The translations under genes and the position numbers were made by a program. DNA of 64,000 bases, from contig CABMDC010000012.1 of NCBI GenBank assembly GCA_902384795.1, forward strand, positions 71,970 to 135,969, read 5' to 3'. This stretch comes from Candidatus Gugararchaeum adminiculabundum. Lineage in GTDB: Archaea > Micrarchaeota > Micrarchaeia > Burarchaeales > Gugararchaeaceae. The notes below the pieces were generated by a model. That model was not told the origin of the DNA. It worked only from the letters and a program-made list of their open reading frames with translations, and searched no databases. This document shows positions 25,695-35,814 of the stretch, in pieces. The stretch's first letter is position 1, and the number at the start of each line of letters is the position of its first letter.

Positions 25695-28600
25695 TTACAA
25701 CAACTCCTTTAGGGGATTCTTCTCGCGCAATGCAAACGCGGCTATTTCAGTCAATGCCACTGCAACGCCGATGAATACTATGCTTACAAACCCTACGACC
25801 AGCGGGACTCCGAAGACTCCGAATGGGACTAGTTTGAATGGCTCTTTCCTTGCGGAATAGGCCGCTGTTGCGCTTAGCACAATCAATAGTGTCCAGAGTG
25901 AGGTGTTCAGCCAGTCGGGTATGGAAACCAGCTTTGAGCCCTTGGGCCCTTCTACGCATTTGTTTTCGGAACAGTATCCTATGCAGCAGTCCCCGGTTAT
26001 GGAGCATGATTTGCCTATTCCGCTGCATTGCCTGCAAACATTCTGGCTGCAGGCGGAACCCGCGCAGCACTGGCCGGATGTGTCACAGCCGCTTCCGATT
26101 GATTTGCATGGCTTTGGAATTTTGCAGAAACCGTTTTCACAGGAGCCTAGGCAGCAGTCGCTGTTCTGGGAGCAGGTGGAGCCAAGCGATTTCCCCAGGG
26201 GAATTAGCGTGACTGTGGCGGTATAGGCATTGTTGCTTCCTGCAAATGCAAGAGCCGAAGGAGCTGAAGTTGCTGAACCGAACCATAGGGCCTGAATCTT
26301 GGTGGCAGGGGCAGCAGATGAATCGGTTGGTGGAGCCTTGGTTGCAGCAGCACCAAACCACAGAGTCTGGAAGTTACTGGCTTCGGTGGATAAAACCTGA
26401 ATTGCTGCCACGCATTTTCCGTTAACTACACTTCCGAAGCAGCAGGTATTGTCATCGGTCATCTGTCCGCCAAGCTTTTCGCAGGTGGTGCACTTGCCAT
26501 CAACTAGCTGCCCAAAGCAGCAAGTGCCATCAACAGCTGGCGTTCCACCAAGCCTTTCACAGTTGGGAGCACATTTGTTGCTGCATTTTCCATTAAATAT
26601 TTGGCCGAAGCAGCAGGAACCTGATGGCAATGTTGCTCCGCCAAGCCCTTCGCAGGTGGTGCACTTGCCGTCGATTATGTTTCCAAAGCAGCAGGAATTG
26701 TCAGCCTGTGTTTTACCGCCGAGCTTTTCGCAGGTGGTGCACTTGCCATCAACTAGCTGCCCAAAGCAGCAGGAACCGTCATCCGTTGTCTTTGCGCCCA
26801 GGTCTTCACAAGTTGGGCATGGCGGGTTGGTGCAAGTTGGCTCGCATTTGCCGTTAACTACATTGGTAAAGCAGCAGGTGCCGTCTGCAAGAGGAACACC
26901 TCCTTTTTGTTCACATGTCTTGCAATCGCCAGTTGTGCAGCAGGTGCCGTCTGCAAGAGGAACACCTCCTTTTTGTTCGCATGTCTTGCAGCCTTCTCCT
27001 ATGCAGCAGGCGTCGTAGCCAATGAACTTGCCGTAGAGATCATAGGCACAATTCTTGCAGGTGCCGTCTGGAAGAGTGACTCCTCCGTTTTGTTCACAGT
27101 TACTGCACTTGCCATTGACTATCTTCCCGTGGCAGCAGGAGCCGTCTGGCATGGGCGTTCCGCCGAGCTTTTCGCAGTTGGTGCAAACACCGTTAACTAC
27201 CTTGTCAAAGCAGCAAGTTCCATCCGCAAGAGGAACTCCTCCTTTTTCTTCGCAGGTTGGGCATGGCGGGTCGGTGCACGAGGCGCATTGTCCATCCACT
27301 ATTTGAGTAAGACAACAGGAGCCGTCTGGCATAGTAACTCCTCCTTTGTCCTCACAGGTGCAGGGCGGGTTGGTGCAGCTTGGCTCGCATTGCCCGTTCA
27401 CTACTTGGGTTGCACAACAGGTGCCGTCGGGCATTGTTGTTTCGCCTGTGGGGCAGACCGACATGCATTTGCCGTCTATGACCGTGTTGGGCGGTGTGCA
27501 GCAGGAACCGTCGGACAGAAGTGTGCCGCCAGTTGAAACACAGTCTGGACACTCGATAGTCCCGCCGTCTACTTTGCACTTGTCACAACCATCTCCTACG
27601 CAACATGCATCGGATTTCAAGTAGTCTCCGCCAACGTCAGAGCTGGTGCAGTTTCTGCAGACTCCGTCTATGTATGCATCGCCTTTTGCAACGCATTTGC
27701 ATTCACCGGTTAAGCAGCAGGAACCGTCGGACATTGTTGTTCCGCCAAGTCCTTCACAAGTATCAACTATTACCGTAACTTTCTTTTTTTGTGGAATAGC
27801 GCAAGTAGTGGCCCCGCCATAGATATCTGAAGTGTCTGCCAGTGAAACCTGGGTTGCGGCGCTTAATGATAGAGTCTGGCGGCCACGGGTGGCCAACTCC
27901 AGGGACTTGTTGCACTCGCCATTGACTAGGTTTCCAAAGCAGCAGGAGCCATCTGGCGCTGTAACCGCACCTTTGTCCTCGCAGGTGTAGCTGCATGCAA
28001 TGGCAGCGTTGCAGTCAACATCAAAGCTGCTTACAAACTGCTTGCCTCCATCTTCGCAGGTGAAAACAACATCGGAGTTTTTAACGCAGCTAGGACAGGT
28101 GAAAACTGCAGTTGCAGTGAATGGAACTGCACCTTCTAATGGAGTTACGGTTAAGCTGCATCCCGATGGATTCGGGAGGTCGGTAACAGCAACGTTTTTT
28201 GCTTGCTCCGGAATTTCTTCAACAGTTGCCCTTGCTGCAAAAATGGTTTTTTCATTAACTTGTGGATAGGTGCATGTTCTGGATGCAGTAAATGTGTTGT
28301 CAAAGGAAACCGGAATGGCTGGGTCGCCTGGCATGCATGAGATTAGAGCAACGCCAATTGGCCTCTGGTCGCAGGTAACAATTATGTTTGAACTGAATTC
28401 GCCCACGTCCAGATCAGGACAGGCATAGGCATCACAAGTAAGATTCACCGGACATTCCGCTATCTCGAAATTAATGCTCTTTGAAGCATAGTGGGGTTTG
28501 GCCACCAGGGCGATATATTTGCCTGGCAAATCCGGAGTGAATGTTAAATTGCCATCACTGCCAGTTGTGAATGTGGAACCGAGGGAGGGAACAGGCGTTA

Positions 28601-31600
28601 GCGTGCCATCTGAATTTATGCGATAGAAGCTGGCAGTCACGTCTGGGATCGGAGTGCCGATGGGTTCTCTGGCAGTGAACAATGCAGATTTGCCGGCGCA
28701 TACTTTGTTGTCCAAGGTGAAATCCAATTTACAGGTGTTGCTTGCTTCACAGGTTTTGGGCGGATTGACAATGTCAATGGAGCAGCCGGTGAGTGTCTCC
28801 ACAGCGCTCACAATTGGATCGTACCCCGGCTTGCTGCATGAGCAATACCAGGAATGCGTATCATCGCTGAGGTTGCCCATGGTATAGGTATAACCAGTAT
28901 CGGTCTCGATTGTGCTGTGCGACGTTCCGTCCAGATAGACCGAACAGGTGGCGTAGGGCAAGTGATTTGGATATGAACCCGGTCCATATTTTACTCTGCC
29001 TTCAGCAGCAACGAAACGGGTCATGGAGAATGAAACATAAGAGGTATTTGTTCCGCCTGCTCCCATCATGAAAACCGTTGAGGAGGTAAAGTCAACACCT
29101 GTTATGAGCTGGTTAAGATGATTGCCAGGAGCGGAATAGGTGAGGTTGAGAACGTGAGTGTCTTCATTGTAATCAAAACTCAGATTGCCATCTTTGGCGG
29201 AATAGTTGCCGTAAGTTGGGCCAAAGGGCGTGAACTGGTTTGAACCGCTCGCATTGGTTACCATTATTATAAAGGTGACGGGTATGGCCGAATCGTTGAA
29301 GAAATAGACAGTGATTGCGTGGCCGGTCGTTGGGTCGGAAAGCATTAACGCCCCCATGGACCGATTTTGACCGTCAGGATTTGCGCGCAGGTCTGCGGAG
29401 ATATTGTCAAGCTCAAGGTGGTGGAGGTTTAATTGTGGCTGGAATGACACTAAGGCAAAGTCATTCTCTGTAGTCGAGGTCCCGTTGAAAACCAGGGCGC
29501 CATTTTGCTGGACCATCGTGACATTGGAACCTGCGCCGGCAACAGGAGACCAGTAATAGGGGTTCAGGTACGTGCTGTTGAAGTAATCTACATAAGCCTG
29601 CGGGTCAGATGACTTCTCCAAGAGCAGGATATTGCCGATTCCAAATTGCATCGAAGAACTGTTTGTTGCGCCGCTGATAATTTCGAATGTCGTGTTATCC
29701 GTGAAAGTCAACCCGCCAACGGTTAGGGCGTTTTGCGATAGAGAATCTGGATTCGTGTAGTTTATGACAAGCCAGTTCCGAACCCGGTCATAGGTGAGGG
29801 TGATTGTGTCGTTTACCGGAGCATAGGAGGTTAACTGGGCGTATGCCCCCTGGCCAAAGCCGTAGTATGAGCCGGTTGAGTTTACAACGTCAGAAATCAC
29901 CACAAATGGGATTGGCGGCATGCTGGTGGAATAATTTAAGGCAACAGGATATGAGTAACCGGGTGTAACATTGAAAGTGCTATTGAAAACCGAATCATTG
30001 AAAGTGAAATCATTGCCCACACCATGGCCGATTAAAGCGCTCTTGACAAATGCATAACAGGGAGCGTGAATCAAATTAGTGACATCGGAACAGTTCATAA
30101 GCCCGCAGGAGGAACTCCAGTAGACAGTGGTGTCGTCGAATGCAGGGAAGCCCGATGCATCTATGCAGGAAACATCATAACTCTCATCCGGATTTGCGCC
30201 TTGCAGCAATTCACCGTCATAACTTACTTCTTCTATGCTTGGGCTGGTTCCCATCCCAGTGGGGCAGGTGAGGAGGAACGTTACGCGGCCTGGGCCGGTA
30301 ATCCCATTGGTGCAGTCCCTGCCGTCTGTGGTAACAGGTGAAAACGAGGAGGAGTATCCAACGGATGCACCCGAATAGTTGATTAACATCACTGAAAGCT
30401 TGTTGCCATTTGACCCGTCATAGAGTTTCAACTGCACGTAGGAATAGTTTTCTGTGTCGGATGTGGCATTGAGCTGGATGGTAAGATTGCTTAGTTTTAT
30501 TATATAGGGCTGGAAGCTGTGATTGAATAATATGGAAGTGGAATCGCTCTCAGATGATGTCGAATCCACTGTTCCGTTGAAATAGAGGCGCCCGTCTTGA
30601 TAAATCGTGAGGTTGTTTCCCTGAACCGCGGGATCCCAAAGGTTTGGATTGATGGTAGTGCCTTCGAAATAATCTTGGTAGAGCGTGGACTGAACCGCGG
30701 CATGGTAATCGCAAGTAAATTCAGTCGTTGTGCTATTTCCTCCGTTATAGACCGTATCGCAATGAACGCCCATAAGAATTTCCGTGGTATTGGCAAAGTA
30801 CGGTTCAGCGCAGGTGTTTGTTTCGTCACAATAGCCAGTGCAGCAGGATTCGTTATCAGCGCACGGATCTGCAAGAGCCAGGCAATCGACACAGGTGTTG
30901 TTTAGGGGTTCACAGAGGTCTGAGCAGCAGGAAGAGTTGGTGGTGCAGGTGGTGCCATCCGGAATGCAGTCGCAAGTAAATGTGTCAAGGTTGCAAAAGT
31001 TAGAGCAGCATTGCGAGTTGTCATTGCACATTTCGCCTAGGGCGGTGCAATCGCAGATGCCGGTGAAAATGTTGCAGTACTCTGAGCAGCAGGATTCATT
31101 GGTAGTGCAGACAGTACCATCGGCATAGCAGTCACACTCACCTGAGGATAGATTGCAATAGCCCGTGCAGCAGTCGATGTTGCCGGTGCATGAATCTGTG
31201 GCAGGCAGACAGGAAACGCAGGTGCCGGACAGGGGATCGCAGAGGCCGGAGCAGCAGTCAGCGTTGCCGGTGCATGAATCTGCGAGCGCGAGGCAGGAAA
31301 CGCAGGTGTTGTTCAGTGGTTCGCAGAGGTTTGAGCAGCAATCTGTGTTGTTATCGCAGGGATTGGTGAGCGGCTGGCAGGCGCAAATGCCTCCGTCGCA
31401 GAAGTCAGTGCAGCAGGAAGCGTTGTCAGTGCAGGTGGTGCCAGTGGCATTGCATTGGCAGGTGTTTGTAGTGAGATTGCATGAACCAGAACAGCAGTCG
31501 AGATTGTCGATGCATCCGGCAGCAACTGGCAAACAGTCGACGCAGATGGCGGCGTAACATATGTCTGAACAGCAGGAGGCGTTTTCAGTGCATGAATCTG

Positions 31601-34600
31601 TGGCAGGCAAACAAGCGACACAGGTGCCGGAGATAGGATCGCATAGGCCAGAGCAGCAATCAGAGCCTGAAGTGCAGGCGGCGGTGTTAACTTTGCAGTC
31701 GCACTCGTTCGTTGCATTGCAATAATCAGTGCAGCACTCCGAATCTTGTGTGCAGGCTTCACCTATTCCATTGCAGTTGCCCTCTAATATTCCATATAGG
31801 GAGCCGGGAGTAAGGCCGTTGAGAGTAAGCGTGTTCGCCTGGGTATCGAGGGTTGCGTGCATCTCGACCCAGCCGCCAGCATCGTAGCGCCAAATATCAA
31901 AAGTGCCTTCTTTGTCAGCACTGGTGACTTCACTGTCATCCCAGGAGAAGACAACCGTGTCTATTGCGCCAGTGCCTGTTGCTGTGATGTTCACAAATTT
32001 CTGGCGGAAGGACACATAGTCAGTGGGCAGGGAAGTGCTGTTTGTCGCCCATTTGACCAGGTAACCATAGTTTGATTCGACATTATCGATTATCGAAATG
32101 CGCGTGAAGTTTGTGTAATTTCCATAGTAGGGATTGTCTATGTACATGTTTGAAAGCCGGATGTTGTCCATGGCACCGCCCGTTCGGACGATGTATAAAT
32201 CTCCTTGTGAATTGTTATAGAAATGGAAGTTCGAAGCATTCACATTGCTTGTGTCAAATAGCGCCATTCCGTAGCCAGTGTTGCTGAAGAGGGTGTTGTT
32301 GCTCATAATGAAACCAGAGCTGCTCATGATCCCTATGCCCTCAAGGCTGGTGCTGATGTTGTTTCCGGAGATTGTGGAATAGGAGGACAGGCTGCTTATG
32401 AAGCCGATGCCTGCGCCGGTCGAGCGAGTGATGGAATTATTGTAAATTGATAATTGACGGGAATCAATGGCGAAGACACCATAGCTGCTGTTTGAAATAT
32501 CGTTTCCGACTATGGTATTGTTATTCGGATTCGGGTGAACGGCGATGAGATAAATTGCAGAAGTGGTATTGGTGATATTGTTGTGTGTAATCAAGTCCAT
32601 CGGATGGTCCGCTATTATGTAAACGCCGGCCTGGAAACCGGTAATGTTGTTCCCGGATGCATATACTGAAGAATTGATATTTGCTATGGCAGCACCCGTT
32701 GCAGAGAGCGACCGGATGTCGTTATTGATCACGTTCATCTGGCCCCGCTGTACGAGGACAAACGGAACCTCATGACCGCTAAATGAAAGCCCGTTGAAAA
32801 ATATTGAATAGACGGACATGCCATAGTCTGCGGACACATTAATGGAATTGTCCTGGACAGTGAAGACGCCGGCGTAATCCAGAGCCAGCTTGCCATGGGA
32901 AACTATCTTGCTGTCGGTGATAGCTACAATAACGTTCATCAGCCCATAGAACCCTGCGTAGGAGTTGTTTCCGCCATTGCTATAGTAGATAGTGTTGTTC
33001 GAGAAAGTAGCGCGGGTGCTCCAGACATCGGGGCCAGGGGGCGTACCGCCCATGAACATGACGACAAGCAGATATCCCAGCCCTCCAGTCAGCGGATTTG
33101 CGGTTTCCATATACGCAGCATCGCTGGATGTGATGTTAAAGTAGCTGTCATAAACAGTCGCATTGCTGAGGTCTTCAAGTACGATTGTAGCTTTTTTCTC
33201 GAAATCACTGTCATGCAAAATAACCGTTGCATTGTAAACATGAATCGAAGCCGGCAGAGGACCGAGACTGCCACCCAGAAGCGGAGTCCCCAGGGAAGCG
33301 GAATTGTTTGTGTCAAAAAGAAATGAGACATTTGTAATTTGGTGGTTGTTGTAGAAGAGGATTCCATAGGCGCAGTCGTGGATTTCGTTTTGGTATGCTG
33401 CCTCGCTGTATAGCATATTGTCATCTACGCCCTCCCCTCCGTAGAAAAACCTGTCACTTGCCGTAGTATCAATGCCGTAGGTAAAGCTTGATTCATTGCA
33501 GCGTATGATAGCATTCTCCAGGCGGAGCGTGTTATTGGAATGTATCACCGCATAGTAGAGATCGTTCCGGGAGGTTATAGGGCTTATCACGCCATTGTAA
33601 AACTTAACCATATCACCGCCAGTCATGTCAATGGCGGTCATATTGGGGAACCGGCGCGATATGCTATCAAGCTGACAGCCGCCCACGCCTCCACAACCAA
33701 TACGGTTGTATTGTGGAGAGCCGATTGCGAGATTGATTTCAGAATCTATCAAAGTGAGGTTGGAATTAGCCATGAAAACGGCGAGGTATTCAGGGTAAAT
33801 AGTGTGACCGTATTCGTAGTTGAGGAAGTACGTTAGATGGGTGCCCCAGCTAAAACCATCGTAGAGATCGGTTCCGCCCGTAAAAGAGTGATAATAGGTA
33901 GGGAGTTGACGTGGAATGCCTATTGTAACGTCAGTTAAAATGGCTTCGGCTTTGTCCACGCTAAGCCCTATGGTTACGTTTGAATTAGATAGAGACAATG
34001 CGTTAGGCTGGCGGATTCCGGGGATATATGTTGAAGACTGCGGACCACTACCCGCCCCGTAGGCATTCTCCGCGATGTAAGCATTGCCGATGATTGAATT
34101 CGTGACTGTGACAAGTTGAGTGCCCCGCAACACACTGAAATCGCCAGCGATTTCTGAATTGTCAACAGTAATTGTTGTGGCAGGCGTTGCGCTGTTCCAG
34201 CAGGTTGTTGCCTCGAAACTGCCCAATATGCTGTCGGATACATCGGCGTCTGCATGGTCAACTGACACACCGCTCGCAGAGTCTCCGGTGTAGAGGGTCG
34301 CGCTTGGATTGACGTCTTCCACTGAGATGCTGGCTTTATTCCAGCCGTACAGGCAGCTGCGGGACTGCTCTCCGCAATTCGCGTTTCCAGTGGTGTTGAA
34401 AACAAGGGCATTGCAATTGGCCGTGTCTTGGGCATTTCGGGCGTAGTAAAGGCAGAAATTGCGTATAGCAGCATATGAATTGCTTAGGCACCAGTTGTAT
34501 TCGTCGTCACTGCGAGTGCCAGAAGTTAAACTGACACCGCTGGTTGTTTCTAGACCGGAAATGCTGGCGGACGTGCCTCCGCCTTCTTTGTCTTTTATGG

Positions 34601-35408
34601 TAACGCTAGAAGCGCGGCCAGTGACGTCCACTGTGTTAGCCCGCTGAATATTGATGGAAGTTTCGAGATTTGGGCCGTTATAGCTGGGGGTTGGGTCATA
34701 ATCAATATAGGTAATGTCAGGGGTCGTGGAACCGCCGGCATAGCAGTAGCCGCACTCGTTTGTTATTACATTATCACTGCCTGCGCTATTTACACTACTA
34801 CTGCCTTCTTCCCAATAGCTAACGACATTGCTCTGTGAGAAATTCATTGGGCCGCCGCCGCATATTACCTTGTCTCCTGGTGCGCTATTGGGAGTACAAG
34901 AGTCCGGATGAGGGCAATCGGAATAGGCGCACTGCCAATATTCGACTGAAGCGTTTCGACCGTAATACCCGTTGCAACTAGATAGAAATTGGTCTTCTGT
35001 TTCGCAACCTCTAATTGCGTCTCTCATCGTATTGTAACTGCTAGGAGAGTTAGTTTGATAACGCGACAGGGCGGTGCAATCGACTTGATAGTAAGTGTAA
35101 TGGCCACCCCAGCCATCAGGTACTTGGTAGGAGGAAGAAAAGGCGCTCGGCAGGGAGTAGTCGTTGGAACGTCCGCAGACACATCCGTAAGTTCCGCAAC
35201 TTTCTTCCACTTGCTTGTCAGCTGGCACAGTGCATGTATTGGCGCAACCACTAGAATGCCAGGAAGCGTAGGTAGAGGCGACACATCCACCTGAGGAATA
35301 GGGGTCGCTGGGAGTATAGTAAGTACATGTTGCAAAGGAAACGGGCGTCAAAGCTATGAGAATGAAAAAGAGGAAATACACTGCAGGCAGCAGCTTTTTT
35401 CCCATCAT
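25695..35408 (-). CDS. Giant (3237 aa) Cys-rich cell-surface protein with beta-helix and knottin-like repeats
   Basis: Signal peptide; parallel beta-helix repeats (NNTIVGNDISNSSYGV); C-C-CC-C-C repeats; many N-x-S/T sequons; C-terminal TM module. Confidence 0.9.
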   Translation of the reverse strand: MMGKKLLPAVYFLFFILIALTPVSFATCTYYTPSDPYSSGGCVASTYASWHSSGCANTCTVPADKQVEESCGTYGCVCGRSNDYSLPSAFSSSYQVPDGWGGHYTYYQVDCTALSRYQTNSPSSYNTMRDAIRGCETEDQFLSSCNGYYGRNASVEYWQCAYSDCPHPDSCTPNSAPGDKVICGGGPMNFSQSNVVSYWEEGSSSVNSAGSDNVITNECGYCYAGGSTTPDITYIDYDPTPSYNGPNLETSINIQRANTVDVTGRASSVTIKDKEGGGTSASISGLETTSGVSLTSGTRSDDEYNWCLSNSYAAIRNFCLYYARNAQDTANCNALVFNTTGNANCGEQSRSCLYGWNKASISVEDVNPSATLYTGDSASGVSVDHADADVSDSILGSFEATTCWNSATPATTITVDNSEIAGDFSVLRGTQLVTVTNSIIGNAYIAENAYGAGSGPQSSTYIPGIRQPNALSLSNSNVTIGLSVDKAEAILTDVTIGIPRQLPTYYHSFTGGTDLYDGFSWGTHLTYFLNYEYGHTIYPEYLAVFMANSNLTLIDSEINLAIGSPQYNRIGCGGVGGCQLDSISRRFPNMTAIDMTGGDMVKFYNGVISPITSRNDLYYAVIHSNNTLRLENAIIRCNESSFTYGIDTTASDRFFYGGEGVDDNMLYSEAAYQNEIHDCAYGILFYNNHQITNVSFLFDTNNSASLGTPLLGGSLGPLPASIHVYNATVILHDSDFEKKATIVLEDLSNATVYDSYFNITSSDAAYMETANPLTGGLGYLLVVMFMGGTPPGPDVWSTRATFSNNTIYYSNGGNNSYAGFYGLMNVIVAITDSKIVSHGKLALDYAGVFTVQDNSINVSADYGMSVYSIFFNGLSFSGHEVPFVLVQRGQMNVINNDIRSLSATGAAIANINSSVYASGNNITGFQAGVYIIADHPMDLITHNNITNTTSAIYLIAVHPNPNNNTIVGNDISNSSYGVFAIDSRQLSIYNNSITRSTGAGIGFISSLSSYSTISGNNISTSLEGIGIMSSSGFIMSNNTLFSNTGYGMALFDTSNVNASNFHFYNNSQGDLYIVRTGGAMDNIRLSNMYIDNPYYGNYTNFTRISIIDNVESNYGYLVKWATNSTSLPTDYVSFRQKFVNITATGTGAIDTVVFSWDDSEVTSADKEGTFDIWRYDAGGWVEMHATLDTQANTLTLNGLTPGSLYGILEGNCNGIGEACTQDSECCTDYCNATNECDCKVNTAACTSGSDCCSGLCDPISGTCVACLPATDSCTENASCCSDICYAAICVDCLPVAAGCIDNLDCCSGSCNLTTNTCQCNATGTTCTDNASCCTDFCDGGICACQPLTNPCDNNTDCCSNLCEPLNNTCVSCLALADSCTGNADCCSGLCDPLSGTCVSCLPATDSCTGNIDCCTGYCNLSSGECDCYADGTVCTTNESCCSEYCNIFTGICDCTALGEMCNDNSQCCSNFCNLDTFTCDCIPDGTTCTTNSSCCSDLCEPLNNTCVDCLALADPCADNESCCTGYCDETNTCAEPYFANTTEILMGVHCDTVYNGGNSTTTEFTCDYHAAVQSTLYQDYFEGTTINPNLWDPAVQGNNLTIYQDGRLYFNGTVDSTSSESDSTSILFNHSFQPYIIKLSNLTIQLNATSDTENYSYVQLKLYDGSNGNKLSVMLINYSGASVGYSSSFSPVTTDGRDCTNGITGPGRVTFLLTCPTGMGTSPSIEEVSYDGELLQGANPDESYDVSCIDASGFPAFDDTTVYWSSSCGLMNCSDVTNLIHAPCYAFVKSALIGHGVGNDFTFNDSVFNSTFNVTPGYSYPVALNYSTSMPPIPFVVISDVVNSTGSYYGFGQGAYAQLTSYAPVNDTITLTYDRVRNWLVINYTNPDSLSQNALTVGGLTFTDNTTFEIISGATNSSSMQFGIGNILLLEKSSDPQAYVDYFNSTYLNPYYWSPVAGAGSNVTMVQQNGALVFNGTSTTENDFALVSFQPQLNLHHLELDNISADLRANPDGQNRSMGALMLSDPTTGHAITVYFFNDSAIPVTFIIMVTNASGSNQFTPFGPTYGNYSAKDGNLSFDYNEDTHVLNLTYSAPGNHLNQLITGVDFTSSTVFMMGAGGTNTSYVSFSMTRFVAAEGRVKYGPGSYPNHLPYATCSVYLDGTSHSTIETDTGYTYTMGNLSDDTHSWYCSCSKPGYDPIVSAVETLTGCSIDIVNPPKTCEASNTCKLDFTLDNKVCAGKSALFTAREPIGTPIPDVTASFYRINSDGTLTPVPSLGSTFTTGSDGNLTFTPDLPGKYIALVAKPHYASKSINFEIAECPVNLTCDAYACPDLDVGEFSSNIIVTCDQRPIGVALISCMPGDPAIPVSFDNTFTASRTCTYPQVNEKTIFAARATVEEIPEQAKNVAVTDLPNPSGCSLTVTPLEGAVPFTATAVFTCPSCVKNSDVVFTCEDGGKQFVSSFDVDCNAAIACSYTCEDKGAVTAPDGSCCFGNLVNGECNKSLELATRGRQTLSLSAATQVSLADTSDIYGGATTCAIPQKKKVTVIVDTCEGLGGTTMSDGSCCLTGECKCVAKGDAYIDGVCRNCTSSDVGGDYLKSDACCVGDGCDKCKVDGGTIECPDCVSTGGTLLSDGSCCTPPNTVIDGKCMSVCPTGETTMPDGTCCATQVVNGQCEPSCTNPPCTCEDKGGVTMPDGSCCLTQIVDGQCASCTDPPCPTCEEKGGVPLADGTCCFDKVVNGVCTNCEKLGGTPMPDGSCCHGKIVNGKCSNCEQNGGVTLPDGTCKNCAYDLYGKFIGYDACCIGEGCKTCEQKGGVPLADGTCCTTGDCKTCEQKGGVPLADGTCCFTNVVNGKCEPTCTNPPCPTCEDLGAKTTDDGSCCFGQLVDGKCTTCEKLGGKTQADNSCCFGNIIDGKCTTCEGLGGATLPSGSCCFGQIFNGKCSNKCAPNCERLGGTPAVDGTCCFGQLVDGKCTTCEKLGGQMTDDNTCCFGSVVNGKCVAAIQVLSTEASNFQTLWFGAAATKAPPTDSSAAPATKIQALWFGSATSAPSALAFAGSNNAYTATVTLIPLGKSLGSTCSQNSDCCLGSCENGFCKIPKPCKSIGSGCDTSGQCCAGSACSQNVCRQCSGIGKSCSITGDCCIGYCSENKCVEGPKGSKLVSIPDWLNTSLWTLLIVLSATAAYSARKEPFKLVPFGVFGVPLVVGFVSIVFIGVAVALTEIAAFALREKNPLKELL
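26410..27985 (-). repeat. Intragenic tandem Cys-repeat array (CExxGGxxxxDGxCC...GxC, about 15 units)
   Basis: Visible in the translation; near-exact DNA duplications, e.g. about 50 nt at 26473-26522 and 26722-26771. Confidence 0.85.
30800..31780 (-). repeat. Intragenic array of 12 knottin-framework repeats
   Basis: Twelve consecutive C-x6-C-x5-CC-x3-C-x4/6-C units counted in the translation. Confidence 0.85.
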
Positions 35409-35743
35409 GTGTATCTGCTCCTTAGCGCTCGATAATCAGGAGGCGCGGGCATCTTATCTGTAGGCCCTGTTTGGTTATAAGTAAGAACCTGTTGAATTGA
35501 TGCTTCCTGCTCTTGGATTAATTGCGGATTGGGTTGGGGCAATGGCAGAAGCGATGAAACAGCGGATTTTGTCCCTTGCCCTGCCTGCCCGGCACCGTCG
35601 TCGTCTGAAACAAGAGCATTGGCAGCAGGCGAAGATTGGGTGAAAGAAAAGGAGATGTATAACAGTGAGATTACGACGATGGAGACTAATAGGCAGATAA
35701 CTAATAGCGAACGGCTATAAGTAAGACCTTTGACCACACGCAT
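35405..35743 (-). CDS. Small single-TM hypothetical protein, translationally coupled to the giant gene
   Basis: N-terminal hydrophobic helix; stop overlaps the giant gene start (ATGA). Confidence 0.6.
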   Translation of the reverse strand: MRVVKGLTYSRSLLVICLLVSIVVISLLYISFSFTQSSPAANALVSDDDGAGQAGQGTKSAVSSLLPLPQPNPQLIQEQEASIQQVLTYNQTGPTDKMPAPPDYRALRSRYT

Positions 35744-35814
35744 CGAATTTGCTTTTAAACATGCGAGTATTTAAATATTTCTGAAATCGTTCAGAAGGTA
35801 AAGGGAGTGGAAGG

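Noticed and set aside
25747-35335. Many Gln-rich antisense ORFs (e.g. 26449-27018, 31165-31557)
   Set aside because: Reverse complements of TGC/TGT-rich Cys repeats; no independent coding signal.
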